In this document: in pieces, positions 38,091 to 51,789 of the stretch | Position numbering within the stretch: the first letter of the stretch is position 1 | How the letters are laid out: each line of letters begins with the position of its first letter | Assembly (NCBI RefSeq): GCF_963921235.1 | Contig: NW_026948158.1 | Location: 248,001 to 312,000 of the forward strand | Length of the DNA: 64,000 bases | Direction of reading: 5' to 3' | From: Mobula hypostoma | Taxonomy: Eukaryota | The notes under the pieces: generated by a model | What the model was told of the DNA's origin: nothing | What the model saw: the letters and a program-made list of their open reading frames with translations, nothing else | Databases searched by the model: none | Translations under genes and position numbers: made by a program

Positions 38091-40114
38091 AGCAGTATGC
38101 CCACAAGAAAACTAATCTCAGGGTTGTATATGGTGACAGAAATGTATTTTGATAATACATTTACTTTCAGCTTTGAACTTTGTAGTAGAGAGCCGGGTGT
38201 TGTACTGGTCTGTGTCCTCACTGGCCGGTGCTGTGCTCTGGCAGCTCAGTGTGCTTGGTATACAGTGCCAGTGTTTCAACAGAAGTGTGTCCTTATTACA
38301 CAATTGATCTTGTCCATCCTGGAGCTTGGAAAATTCACTGGCGACCAGAATGATTTTTTCAGACTATTATTGGGCAGAGAATCATTCTGTGATCGTCGAG
38401 ACTATTTGACTCATCAAGTTAATACCAACTCCTGCTACAACTTTTCCACAGTCCCATTCCCCACTCTGTCCCCACAGCTCTGCAGGTCATTTCCCCTGAA
38501 CGACTTGTCTAATTCCTCTTTGAATACTGGTTGTTCCCGCCACCACTCTGCTGAGTCCCATATTTCCCAAGGTGAAGTCAAGAATGTTCCCCTCCCTGGT
38601 GGACCAGATATTTTTTCAGGAAACCTTCCTGAACACAAATAATGCCCCATCCAAGCCTCAGCCGATCCAGAACTGGTCGCTGCGTTACTCCAGTACTTGT
38701 ATCATCCCGCTCTGAAACAGACCTGTTATTCTGTCTCAGTATGATAACTGTCTTCAGTCAGTATTAACACACTTCCTTCCCAGTACTGAGCTCTGGTCTT
38801 GTGCACCAGCCTTACATGTGGCACCTTGGCAAATGGCTCCTGAAAATCCAAAAACACCACTTCTCCAACTTCCCCTGTAAAGTCTCAAATCTCTGGTATG
38901 TTTGTCAAACATGACTTAACATTCAACATCCCAGGTTACAGGGTCCAAAACAGGTTCCAGATGGACAGGGTGGTGAAGAGGCTTTTGGAACACTGGCCTT
39001 CAGTCAGGGCACCGAATATAGAAGCTGGGATGAGATGTTGCAGTTGTCCAACACGTTGGTTTGGCCGCATTTCGCAAATAGTGTTTAGTTTTAGTGACCC
39101 TGCTTTTTGACAGACACCATTAAGCTGGAAAGAGTGCAGAGGAGATTTGCGGGGATGTTACTGGATCTCAAAGGATTTGTGGAAAGGTGTTTCGGACAAT
39201 GTTCCCTGGAATGTTGGAGAATGAGTGCTGATATTGCAGAGGTGTATAAAATCATGAGGGACCTGGAGGCTGGTCAGTAAATGGAATGAGCTGCGAGGGG
39301 GAGTGGTTGAGTCAGCTACATTAAAAAGGTACTTGGACAGGTAGATGGGAAGGAAAGATTTTGAAGTATCTGGGCCAAATGCAGAGAAATGGGACAAGGA
39401 GGAGGATAACCTTGTTCATAATGTGGTGTTGAGGGGGTTACAGACACAAGCTCAGTTGGGAACTTTGGTCGTTGTGGAATCTGTGTCAATCTGACTGTAG
39501 ACCCTGTTGAGTTAGTTCAATGACATTAAACTTTTCCAAACGACTTGTTATTTCTTCATAGATTATTGATTCCAGTACCTGAAGTGAAGTTAACAAGACT
39601 ACAGTTGCCTGCTTTTTATCTCCCACCCTTCTTCAGCAATGGTTTTCAACTCCACTGGGACCTTTCTGTAACAGTGAGTTTTGACAAACTTCAATGTCTC
39701 TACTTTCTCTCCAGACTTCCTGTGAAAGCCTCCAGTGCAGGTCTTTGGGACCGAGTAATGTTTGCTTTTAATCCCATTATTTTTTTCCCTCGAGATGGTG
39801 ATTGTTACACATTATGGCACAATGTTGAAATGTCACTGTTAGTTATCTGTGGGATGGTTGTTGTGCCCCACTGTGCACACTAATGCAAATTATTGAGTTA
39901 ACTTCTCTGCGTGTTCCTTGTTACTTTTAGCTTTTATCTCATCACTGCTTCCTAGAAAATTCCTGATTCTCCTGTCTACCACCAGCCCTTGCCTCTTTGT
40001 ATGTTCTTTGATTTAATATTTCCTTGAATGCCTTTGACCAGACCTCAGGATCTTGAGGCCACTCCTCCCCATGTCTTCTTTCCCTTCCTCTTTCATCATC
40101 ATTCTCCCTACATA

Positions 40115-41713
40115 TAAAGTGCCGGTGAAAAGTATTCACACCCCTTGGAAGTTTTCATGTTTTATAGTTTTACAACATTGAATCTCAGTGGATTGAATTT
40201 AGCTGTTTTGAAACTAATCAATGGAAAAAGACTCTTGTGTCAGAGTGAAAACAAATCTCTACAAAATGCTCTCAATTAATTACAAATCTAAAACACAAAA
40301 TAATTGTCTGTTTAAGTATTCATCCCCTTTGATATGACACACCAAATCATCACTGGTGCAGCCAATTAGTTTTCAAAGTTACATAATCAGTTAAATGGAG
40401 ATGACCGTGTGCAGTCAAGGTGTTTCAATTGATTGTAGTAATAGTACACCAATAAGTGGAAGGTCGAACTGCTGGTGAGTCAGTATCCTGGGAGAAACTA
40501 CACCGTGAAGACAAATCAACACTCCGAGCTGCTCTGCAAACAGGTAATTGAAAAACACAAGCCAGGAGATGGATACAAGAACATTTCCAAGTCACTGAAT
40601 GCCCTTGGAGTATAGTTAAGTCACTGATCCAGAAGTGGGAAGAATATGGCACAGCTGTAAATCTGCCAAGAGCAGAGTATCCTCAAAAACTGAGTGGCCA
40701 TGCAAGAAGGGGCCAGTGGGGGAGGCCACCAAGAGACCTATGATAACTCTAGAGGAGATACAAGCTTCAGTGGTGGGAGAGATTGTGCATACATCAACTG
40801 TTGCCCGGGTGTTTCACCAGTCGCAGCTTTATGGGAGAGTGGCAGAGAAAAAGCCACTGTTGAAAAATGCTCTCATGAAATCTTGCCTGAAGTTTGCGAG
40901 AATACGTGGGGAACTCTGAAGTTAGTTGGAAGAAGATTCTATGGTCTGATGAAAACAAAATTGAACTTTTTGACCATCACAAACACTAAGTTTGGAGTAA
41001 GCCAAACACCACACAACATCAAAAACACACCATCCCTACCGTGAAGCATGGTGGAGGCTGCATCATCCTGTGGGTATGCTTCACTGCAGCAGGCCCTGAA
41101 AGGCACATAAAAGTAGAGGGTAAAATGAATGCAGCAAAATACAGGGAAATCCTGGAGGAAAACCTAATTCAGTCTTCAAGAGAACTGCGACTTAGAGGAG
41201 AAAATTAATTTTCCAGCAAGACAATGACCGCAAACATAAAACCAAAGCTGCACAGGAATGCCTTAAAACAACAAAGTTAATATCCTGGAGTGGTTTTGTG
41301 AGAGTCCAGACCTCAATCCAATTGGGAATTTGTGGCTGGACTTGAAAAGATCTGTTGACTCACCAACCCATGCATTCTGACAGAGCTTCAGCAGTTTTGT
41401 AAAGAAGAATGGGGAAAATTGCAGTGTTCAGACGTGCAAAGCTGATAGACACCTATCCACACAGACTCAACTGTAAATACTGTCAAAGGTGCACCAACTA
41501 ATTACTGATTTGAAGGAGGTGAATACAAAGGCAATGAAGTATTTTGTTTCATATTTACAATTAATCTAGATCACTTTGTAGAGATCTGCTTTCACTGTGA
41601 CACCGTGGAGTCTTTTCTGTTGATCAGTGTCAAAAAAGCCAAATTAAATCCATTGCAGTACAATAAAACATAAAAACTTCTGAGGAGACGGAACATTTTT
41701 TATAGGCACTGTA
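40115..41713 (+). mobile_element. Tc1-like (DD34E) DNA transposon, near full length, defective
   Basis: TA flanks, (C/A)AGTGCC...GGCACTG termini; WSDE, TVKHGGGCIILW, FQQDND, SPDLNPIGNLW (catalytic E replaced by G); frameshifts. The terminal aagtattca motif recurs internally at ~40314. Confidence 0.92.
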
Positions 41714-41939
41714 TCCACTCCTTCACGAGCACGTTATGAACAAATCCACCCTGCTCCTTTCCATTTTGCCGATTCCGTGTGGAACATTGAATATAGTGGA
41801 ATGTCAAATTCCCAGTCCCAGTCTCTGTAACCATGTCCCTGCAACAGCTTTTAGATCAAACATATTCGACAGTACACAATATGGAACAGATGGCAACCTG
41901 CCCTTCGACCCACAATATCTGCACCAATCATGATAATGA

Positions 41940-44300
41940 TCAGACTTTATAAACCTGGGGAGGCCTCATTGGTGTATTGTGAGCAGTTTTGGGCCCTTTA
42001 TCTTAGGAAGGATGAGCTGAAATTGGGTGGGTTTCAAAGGACATTCTCCAGTTTGATTCCTGGATGAAACAGCTTGTCGTATGAAGAGCGTTTGATGGCT
42101 CTGGGCCTGTATTCACTGGAATTTTTGAACAATGAGGGGTGGCCCAATTGAAGCCTATGGAATGGTCAAAGGCAGTGATAAAGTGGATGTGCAGAAGTTG
42201 GGACTGTCTAATATCAGAGGACACAGCCTCAGAATAGAGGATCATCCTTGTAGAATGTGGAGGTGAGGAATTCCTTTAGCCAGAGAGTGGTGAATCTGTG
42301 GAATTCATTGCCACAGGGAGCTGTCAAGCCAGGACTTAATGTATATTTAAGGCAGAGGTTGATAAATTCTTGATTGGTCAGAGTATGAAGGGATACAGGG
42401 GAAAGGCAGGAGACTGGGGCTGAGAGGAAAAATGGGTCAGCCATAATGAAATGTCAGAGCAGACTTGATGGGCCAAATGGTCGAATTCTGCTCCTATATC
42501 TTAGTCTGTGTCACCTCCTCAGAAACCTCAATCAATTTTATCAAGCGTGATCTGCCCACACAAAACCATGTTGATTGTCCCTAAGCAGGCCATGCCTTTC
42601 CAAATGTGCATAAATCCTGTGCCTCAATATCCTCCCCAGTAGCTTCTCTACCACTGAGATGAGGCTGCCTTGCCTATAGATTCCTGGATTCTTGTTATTT
42701 CCCTTCTTGATCAAAGCTGCAACATTTGCGACACTCCAGTCCCGTGGGACCTCACATGTTGTGATCGAGGACACATAGATCCTTGTCAAATCACCAACAA
42801 TCTGCTCACTTGTTTCTTTCACTGTTGTAGGATATATGCCATCAGGCCCTGGAGTGTTATCCATCTTTTTGACTTTCAGACGTCCCAGCACAACCTGCTC
42901 CTTAATCTCAAAATGTCTCTGTACATTCGCATGTCTCACCATGTTTTCATTGTCATTCAATTCCTTCTCCTCAGTAAATACTGACACAGCGTACTCATTT
43001 AGTACCGTAGCCACTTTGTCTGACTTCAACCACAACATTCCTCCTTTAATCTTGAGTCGACCTTTCCATTCTCTGGTTATCCTCGCCTTATTAATACAAA
43101 TCACAAGGCCTTGGGATCATCTTTGGTCCCACTCCACAAGGACAGTTTGTGGCCCCATTTGGCCTTTCCTATCATCTGCTTTAGCATTTCCCTGCTATCT
43201 TTATATTCCAAAGGTACCCAGTCTGACTTTAGCTTCTTTCCATATCCTTCTGACTAAATTTAGGATCTCTCTGCTCATCCAAAGTTCCTTTACCTTACCA
43301 TCCTTCTCCTCACTCCTCACTGGAACATGCTGATCCTGAACTCAGAGTTGCTGGTCTTTAAACAACTCCCACGTCAGATGTGGACTTGTCTGACAGTGGC
43401 TGCTCCCAATCAATGCCCCTTGGTTCCTGTCTTCTTCCGTCCTGACTTGCCCTCCTGCAATTTGGTACCTTCATACAAGATCTAATTTTATTCTTACTCA
43501 TAACTTTAAATAAAGTTGTGATCACTATTCCCAAAATGTTCACTGACTCTTGGCTGTCAGCTGGCCTGGCCCATTTCCCAAAACTAATTCCCGTCTGTTC
43601 TCAGCTCTGGTTGGGCCCTGTACATAAGGTTTCAAACACTCCTCGGATTCACTGAACAAATCTTGTGCATCTTAGTTTTGAGCAAGATCTCCAGGGAAGA
43701 TGAAGTCCCTCACTATGACAACCCTGTTTTTCTGCACCTCTCCATAAGCATCAACATATCTGATCCTCCACCTCCCGGTGGTTATTGGGGGCCAATACGA
43801 TAATCCCATCAGTGTAACTGCAGATTGCCTCTGTAAATGAGCCTTCCAGTTTGCTGTGACATTCCCAGTGGGGTAACCTCTGCATCGTTTAACCCCCCCC
43901 CCACTCACATGTAAAGCAATCAAACCCAGGACTGTTGAGCTGCCAGCCCTGTCCCTCGGCTAACGTAACACTCGTAGTGTTGAAATAAACTCATTTCAGC
44001 CCATCAGTCCCACCATGTTTATTGGCCTGACATTGGCTCTCAGAGTTCTTTTCAGACTCAAGTTCAAACTCTGCCAAGTGACACCATCAAACCTCTTGAC
44101 GAAAATGTTGGTTCCCCTCCTGTTCGGATGCAAATGGCTTTGTTTGTCCCGGTCTCCCACCTGCCTGGAAGGGAGCCCATTGATCCATGAAGACCTTCCT
44201 CCCGCATCAGTTCCTCAGCCACAAATTAAACTGCATAAAATATCGATTTCCCACCCCACAACCACATGCTTTGCGTCGTAATACAATCCTGGAAGTCCTG
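41940..44300. mobile_element. CR1 LINE fragments (plus strand 41940-42500; minus strand 42510-44300)
   Basis: TPGPDGIYP..VKE, DWSVANVAALIKKG, NQHGF. Confidence 0.8.
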
Positions 44301-44529
44301 ATTTCTTTAACCTTGTTCCCGAAAATCACTGTGCAGGACCTCATCCCTGCTCGTTTAAACCCTTCCGTGTAGCACGAAGAAGGCTCCCTGGAAACATATT
44401 TGCTCCCTTCCTCCTTGGACCTGTCTCTTGTTTACCTTGAGACCCAATGATCCTTGTACCTGAAGACCCACCCACCTCACACCAGCTCCTCAGCCACCCC
44501 TTTACCTGGGCTTTAGAAGACGCCAGAAG

Positions 44530-45105
44530 CCATAGTCATAGTCATACTTGATTGATCCCAGGGGAAATTGGTTTTCGTTACAGTTGCACCATAAATAATA
44601 GTATTAGAACCATTAATAATTTAAATAGTAATATGTAAATTATGCCAGTAAATTATGAAATAAGTCCAGGACCAGCCTATCGGCTCAGGGTGTCTGACCC
44701 TCAAAGGGAGGACTTGTAAAGTTTGATGGCCACAAGCAGGACTGACTTCCTATGACGCTCTGTGCTGCATCTCGGTGGAATGAGTCTCCGGCTGAATGTA
44801 CTCCTGTGCCCACCCAGTACATTATGTAGTGGATGGGAGACATTGTCCAAGATGGCATGCAAGTTAGACAGCATCCTCTTTTCAGACACCACCGTCAGAG
44901 AGTCCAGTTCCATCCCCACAACATCACTGGCCTTACGAATGAGTTTGTTAATTCTGTTGGTGTCTGCTACCCTCAGCCTGCTGCCCCAGCACACAACAGC
45001 AAACATGATAGCACTGGCCACCACAGACTCGTAGAACATCCTCAGCATTGTCCGACAGATGTTAAAGGACCTCAGTCTCCTCAGGAAATAGAGACGGCTC
45101 TGACC
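44530..45105 (-). mobile_element. Relatively young Rex/Babar-like LINE 3' end
   Basis: Open frame MLRMFYESVVASAIMFAVVCWG...RCSTERHRKS and a (catagt)n tail. Confidence 0.85.
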
Positions 45106-45365
45106 CTTAGAGAAGCGCGGTCTATATATCTGGTTATGTATCCTGTTCCTGTATGTGACCGGTCTTTCATTTCCCTGGCGACCCAGAGGAACAATTGTTC
45201 TACTGAATCAACCCTCTCATCACTGGAAGTGACCGCACCCTCGCCCACCAACTGCTGTGTGTGAGGGCGCTCGCACTGGTCATGGGGCCGGGAGGGACAG
45301 ACTGAGGTCCTCGGGGATTTGCGGAATGGAAAAGCACTTCCTATAATTTAAAGCAGGAGAATCGG

Positions 45366-45600
45366 CAAATTCCCAGAAATCCTTCAGTATGTACGTGGTG
45401 TGTGAGGGAGTTTTGTTTTCGCTGGAGCGCTTTGTGTCGGATGAATCGTTGGAAATTGGCGGTTGTGGTAAAGTGAAGGCGGAGCTGGACGATGAGAGGC
45501 CGGTCTCGGCTCTGTCCGTCACTCTGACTCTGTCTCCTCCCCTCCCCGCCTCTGTCTCTCTGCGCGTTTCTCGGGCAGGTCGGGGCGCTGTGTATAAAAG
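45366..45600 (+). promoter_or_regulatory. Histone H4 promoter
   Basis: GC box CCCCGCC, CAGGTCG (resembles the H4 GGTCC element), TATAAAA 45593-45599. Confidence 0.75.
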
Positions 45601-45644
45601 GAGACAGCAGCAGGCAGTTTGTCAGTGAGCAGCGACCTGAGTGA

Positions 45645-45965
<321 letters not shown>

Positions 45966-45998
45966 AAAACTCCCACCTCCTCCCGAGCACAAAACAAA

Positions 45999-46014
45999 GG
46001 CTCTTCTAAGAGCC
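45999..46014 (+). other. Histone 3' stem-loop (H4)
   Basis: AAA-GGCTCT-TCTA-AGAGCC-ACCCA, with purine-rich ACGGAG ~17 nt downstream. Confidence 0.93.
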
Positions 46015-46452
46015 ACCCACCGCCTCACAGACGGAGCCGTATCCACAACATTTTAATTATTTTTATCGATATATTCAGCTGTGTTACATTTGAAACACAT
46101 TAATCGGTTCCGCTTGAAATATTTCTGCGAATCTGCCTTTCCAGTCCGTGATTACGACAAAACCTCTGAACGCATTAACATCGATCTTAATCACTTTATC
46201 CGTCTCGGGCAGAAATCAGTTCACTCGTTTAGAGAAATGATTCCCCAATTATGAATTTAAGTCTTAACTGAGGGAATTAGATATTAAATTTATTAAATGA
46301 AACTGACATTGTATAATCCATGATACAATTAATGGTAAATAATTTTAAAAGTAGTCAAGCGCCGTTGCAGGTTGCTCTGAAATTGGCGGGAATTTGAAGT
46401 TAATCCTGCGCCAATCACACTGTATTCTGATCCGATGAAGTCAGACCGCCAG

Positions 46453-46668
46453 TAAATTCCTGGAGATCCTTCACTGTGTACGTGGTGTGTGAGGGAGTTT
46501 TTTTTTTCTCTCTGGAGCTCTGTGTTTCGGACAAACCGTTGGAAATTGCTGGGTGTATTAAAGTGAAGACGCACCTGGTAGATGAGAGGCCGCTCTCGGC
46601 TCTGTCCGTCACTCTGACTCTGTCTCCTCCCCTCCCCGCCTCTGTCTCCTGCGCGTTTCTCGGGCAGG
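46453..46668 (+). repeat. Truncated duplicate of the H4 upstream region, lacking TATA and gene
   Basis: Collinear with 45366-45579 and ends at ...ctcgggcagg, then CR1-like sequence follows. Confidence 0.92.
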
Positions 46669-46839
46669 AGTAGTGGCAGAGGATTGGAGGATGGGTCATG
46701 TTATCCAGTAACTTAGAATCGAAGGAAAAGTAAACACAAAACAATATGCTGATGAAGGGTCACAGTCTGAAACGCCGGCTGTTTACTCGCTGCCTGGCCT
46801 GCTGAGTTCCTCCAGCATTGTGTGTGTGTCGCTGCAAGG

Positions 46840-49330
46840 AAAAGCCCGGGAGCTTCAGACTGGTGAGACTCGTGTCTGGAAGGAGAGATCACGTGATCCA
46901 GGGCACTGGATACAATATCGGCCTGGTGGTGGGAGACAAAGTCATTGTTTAGACTGCGGACCTGTGATCAATAGTGTGGCACCGGGATTCGAGTCAAGTC
47001 TGCTGCTGCTGTTCATTTATTAAAGACTCGGCTGAGAATGTCAATGACCAGCTCAGCAAATTTACCGATGTCACTAAAGTTGGTGATATCGTGGAGTGTG
47101 AAAAATGTAACTAACATTACAACAGGACGGTGATCAATGAGGTCAGTGATTTGAGGAATGACAGATAAATGTGAGATGTTCCATTGTCATTGACGAACCA
47201 GGGCAGAACTGCCGTGGGGAATGGTCTGTCCCTGGGAGTGCTGTAAAACAGAGATATCGGGGTGCGGATATCGAATTCCTTCAGAGTGTAAACACAGGTG
47301 GGCAGGACGGTGAAGAAGGTGTTCGCCACACTCGCATTCATCGGTCAGAGTATCGGGCACTGGACTGTGACGGCACATTACAGCTCTACCAGCCTCGGGG
47401 AAACTACTCTCGGAGCACGGAGTACAGTTATAGTTGCCCTGGGATCAGAGGGTGACATTAAACTGGAGAGGGTGCAAAAGGGATTTAACAGGAGGCTGGA
47501 TTGGCCAGGACCTTTCTCACCAGAGTGTATGTGACATTAGAGAGGTGAGAAAATAATGGCAGTCATCGATATGGTCAAATGTGAATCTGCTATCTCCAGG
47601 GCCATGGAGTTGGAAGCGAGAGATTACAGATATAAAGTGGGAGAGGAAAGATTTAAATGGGACCCTGAGGAGCAGGTTTTGTACACAGAATGTGCTGTTT
47701 ATATGGAACAAACTACCCCAAGTGGTGGTATAGGTGGGCACAGTTGCAATATCTCTTGGACTGTGGAGAGGGAAGTTTCACAGGGACATGGGCCAAATGC
47801 AGGTAACTGACAATGGTTTTGTTTGGCCACTTGGTCAGCATGGATGTGTTGGGCTGAAGGGCCTGTTTCTGTGCTGCATAACTCAGTGACTACGTCTGCT
47901 GCTGTGGCAGATTGGGAGGGACAGTGTCAGTAGTGAGGAGGTTTGGGGGATGTAGACAGGAGAGTGAATGGTTGAGGATGTGGCAGATGGAACAGAATGT
48001 GGGGAAATGTGAGATCACCCATTCCCAGGAACAAACTATCAGAGTCATTTCCACACAGGGATGTTCAGAGGGACCTGGGCGTCCTTGTAAACAAATGCAG
48101 ATACAACAAGTAATGAGATAGGGAAACAGTATTTTGTCCTGTGATCCAGGAGGAGTGGAGAAGAGGGTACAGATGTCTCACTGGGATTATATAGGACCCT
48201 GGTGAGAGCACACCTTGAATATAGTGTCCAGGTTTGGTCACACTTCCTCAGGAAGGATATCCCTGCAATAGAGGGAGTGTAGTGACTGTTCTCCACACTG
48301 ACTGGGCTGGTTCCAGGGATGGAAGGTTGGTTATGTGAGAGTAGAGTGTGTGGGCTGGGTCTGCATTCCCTGCAGTTAATGAGAAAAGGAGGAAATCTGT
48401 TAGATTCTTTCAGGATGTGACAGGCAGTCGGCAAGGAGAATGTTTCCCCTGAATGAGAACTCCATTACTGAGGAAAATACCCTCAGAATGAGGTGTAAAT
48501 CACAAACATGAGAAAATCTGCTGATGCTGGAAATCCAAAGCAACAGACACAAAATGCTGGAGGAACTCAGCAGAACAGAAAGAGTAAAGAGTTGACACTT
48601 CAGGCCGAGACCCTTCCATCAGATCTCAGCGTGAAGGTGCTCAGCCTGAAGCATCGACTTGTTACCATTTCCCATTGATGCTGCCTGGCCTGCTGACTTC
48701 CTCCAGCATTTTGTGTCTGTTGCTCAGAATGAGGTGACAAGCATTCAGGATGGAAATGAGATGATATTACTTTAATCAAAGAACAAAGAACTTCTGTATT
48801 CCTTATATAAGTAATATGGAGCCTCAGGTGCTGGGTTGAGTCAAAGCTGAGATCAATGTTCTCTGGGAGAGTTTTACTCATAAGACCATAAGATATAGAA
48901 GCAGAATTCGGCCATTTTGCCTGTCGAGCCTTCTCTGGCATTTCATCATCACTGATCAATTTTTCCTCTGAGCCCCAATCTCCTGCTTTCCCTTGTATCC
49001 CTTTGTGCCCTGACCAATTAAGAATCTATCAATCTCTGCCTGTGCCCAGTGATTTTGCCTCCACAGCTGCCTGTGGCAAAAAAAAAATCACAGATTCACC
49101 ACTCTCTGGCTGAAGAAATTCCTCCTCATCTCCATTCTAAAAGGATGCCCCTCTATTTTGAAGCTGTGTGGTCCAGTTTTAGACACTCCCACCACAGGAA
49201 AAACCCTCTCCACATCAGCTCAATCAAGCCCTTTCACTATTTGATAGGTTTCAATTTGGTAACCCTTCTTTCTGCTAGGTTCCAGTGAATAGAGGCCCAG
49301 AGCTGTGAAACTCTCTTCAGTAGACAAGCA
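46840..49330. mobile_element. Decayed CR1 LINE fragments
   Basis: KFTDVTKVG, TLVRAHLEYSVQVW, CR1 3' UTRs in both orientations. Confidence 0.75.
48496..48722. mobile_element. Fold-back Penelope-terminus mini-element with a 14-bp target-site duplication
   Basis: CTCAGAATGAGGTG at 48482-48495 and 48723-48736; inverted arms caacagacacaaaatgctggaggaa / ttcctccagcattttgtgtctgttg. Confidence 0.85.
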
Positions 49331-50559
49331 ATTTAATCGTGAGTAAAATTCTCCATTTGTGATGTCATGTCAACACAAAAAATCCTGGATTTCAGAGTTG
49401 TTTGCATTTTGGAATTATGGACCAATCTGCACAACCCTAATTACTACTTTGTACTGCAGTAAACACTGTTTATCCATGCAATCACAGGCACACAGATGCA
49501 AAATAAAGACAGGTGTAAATTTAAAGTAGGGAAGTTGAACCTTACTTGGAGGTAGAGCCTGATAACTAGGCCTCAGAACATTCGATTACCCAAATGATGA
49601 AAATAAAGCCAAGTAACAAGGTCCAAAATACCCACAACATGCAGAATTACATGCCTCTCGTTATGTTAGTCCATGGGATAAACCCTGGCTGGGTCGCCTG
49701 GGCGAGGATGTCTCATGATTGAAGACCCGAAACACCCAATGACCCGAAATAATATGACTAATGATGTGTCCCTTTGAACACCCAGTTCATTAAGCCAAGT
49801 TGTGTCAGGCCACATTAATGAAGGCATGGCCCAGATTGAAGTGGCAACACTGCACTACCCTATCCACCATAGCCCCACATATCTCACCATACTAAACTCT
49901 ACAGCCTTATCTCTCCCAGCCCCACATATACAACCACCAGCCCCACCCTCAAACCTAATCCTAAAATCCAAGGGGGCACACACCCCAATTAACCCTGGGC
50001 ACACCCCCACAAACCCGATGACTAGTGTAAGGAGGAGGAAGATCCAATAAAGGCAAGTGTTGGACCTGGTTAATGAAGGCATGGGCCAGATCAAAGTGGC
50101 AGCGTTGCGTGACACTGAATCCAGAGTGACGAGTTGAAGAAGCACAAGAGGGATGATTCTCCCACTGCCCGCATTATCTGTTTGTTATTTTGATTTTTGT
50201 TCTGATAGTCTTCTGACTCTTTGAATATTTTGGTATAATTCATATTTAATTTCAGTGGTTCTTGTCAATGTTGTCTCTGATGCAATGTGTCTGTGATGCT
50301 GCTACAAATACGCTGTTCCTTTCACCTGTGCATCAGTAAACTCGATTTGAACTTTATATTGATATGTCCAAATCTCTCCTTCACTATCATGCTGCCCTAT
50401 GTCATGAACTGAACGTCTCAGTGTTTAATTTTTACAAAATTTCATCTGATTTTATTTAATTCTGCGTTTGAAATTTGCGTTTCCCTTTTCAATCTCAGCC
50501 CGCACCCCGGCCTGTCTCTGCCCTTCAGTACTTCCTCCCGCATCAAACGACAGCGGTAA

Positions 50560-50690
50560 ACCCCGCCCATTGGCGCCGCTTCCCATCCCCCAGCGTTCCG
50601 ATTGGTGACTCATTTCTCCAAACAGCCAATGGAAATGCTCAGAATTCCCATCCTCATTAACATACCGCTTTGGGCGCTGCCTATTTAATC
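50560..50690 (+). promoter_or_regulatory. Histone H2B promoter
   Basis: ATTGG 50569 and 50601, CCAAT 50626, octamer-position element CTC-ATTAACAT-AC (50656-50663), TATTTAA 50682-50688. Confidence 0.75.
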
Positions 50691-50740
50691 CGCGCTCCGA
50701 ACAGCTTCTGCTCATTATTGTGTTTGAAACCGACGAGGAA

Positions 50741-51115
50741 ATGCCGGATCCAGCGAAACCCGCTCCCAAGAAGGGCGCCAAGAAAGCTTTGTCCAAACCA
50801 GCGAGCAAGACTGGCAAGAAGCGCAAGAGGTCGAGGAAGGAGACTTACGCCATCTACATCTACAAAGTGATGAAGCAGGTTCACCCCGACACCGGCATCT
50901 CCTCCAAGGCCATGAGCATCATGAATTCATTCGTCAACGATATTTTCGAGCGCATCGCGGGCGAGGCTTCCCGCCTGGCCCATTACAACAAGCGGTCAAC
51001 CATCAGCTCCCGGGAGATCCAGACCGCCGTGCGCCTGCTGCTGCCCGGGGAGCTGGCCAAGCACGCCGTGTCCGAAGGGACAAAGGCGGTGACCAAGTAC
51101 ACCAGCTCCAAGTGA
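50741..51115 (+). CDS. H2B: Histone H2B (replication-dependent), 124 aa
   Basis: [15 protein letters not shown]...[17 protein letters not shown]...AVTKYTSSK. The true start is ATG 50741, not 50720. Confidence 0.98.
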   Translation: MPDPAKPAPKKGAKKALSKPASKTGKKRKRSRKETYAIYIYKVMKQVHPDTGISSKAMSIMNSFVNDIFERIAGEASRLAHYNKRSTISSREIQTAVRLLLPGELAKHAVSEGTKAVTKYTSSK

Positions 51116-51152
51116 AGACAAGTTTACTGACAAAACAAACCGGAAAATCAAA

Positions 51153-51168
51153 GGCTCTTTTAAGAGCC
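51153..51168 (+). other. Histone 3' stem-loop (H2B)
   Basis: GGCTCTTTTAAGAGCC-ACTCA, with HDE AAAGAGTT at ~51186. Confidence 0.95.
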
Positions 51169-51789
51169 ACTCACGGTTTCGTTAAAAGAGTTACACAATG
51201 TTGAGACATGGAATTGAGGTAAATTTGGAATTTTTTTGTTGAAATGCTCATTCAGAATCGTATCCCCGTTAATCAGAATTTGCTGTCCGCTGCTCAGTAT
51301 AATCCCGATTTCTCTGTTAATTCCTGCCAACTGCCCAGACACGGAATCGTTACACACCCCTTTCCCCGTCGCTTCCTCTCTGTCATTAGATTTCTCTGAC
51401 TTGGACGCTAATTGTTTCTGGTTTAATTACCGTGGGTTCACTAAGCTTTGTCCCATTTTGGTTACTTCTCTTAACCCCATTCCAACGCGAGAGCTGAACA
51501 CTGTCACGGGTCGTTCAGAGTATTTGTTAAAGCTCCACTGTCTGACGGGCGACCCGTTGCTAAACTGACTTGAGTTTGCACAATGGCCGACCGCGAACAG
51601 CAGCTGAGAATCGGTTTTATTCCAATCGTTTATCAATTGAAAGATGTCGGTGAACTAATGTCCCAGACACCATCGCAATATTAACCACACTTTGCTTAGG
51701 GTGTGTCGGACTCCAGTAACGGGGGTAAAGAGCCGATAAACAAACCTGTTGTGGTTTAATTTCAGCAACAAAGGCTTTTTTGGCGGTGT

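Noticed and set aside
38097-38642. 181-aa ORF, or a possible exon 2 (acceptor ~38360) for the 31.2 kb promoter
   Set aside because: Starts in a repeat tail, has no recognisable domain and no convincing donor. I cannot support it without RNA data.
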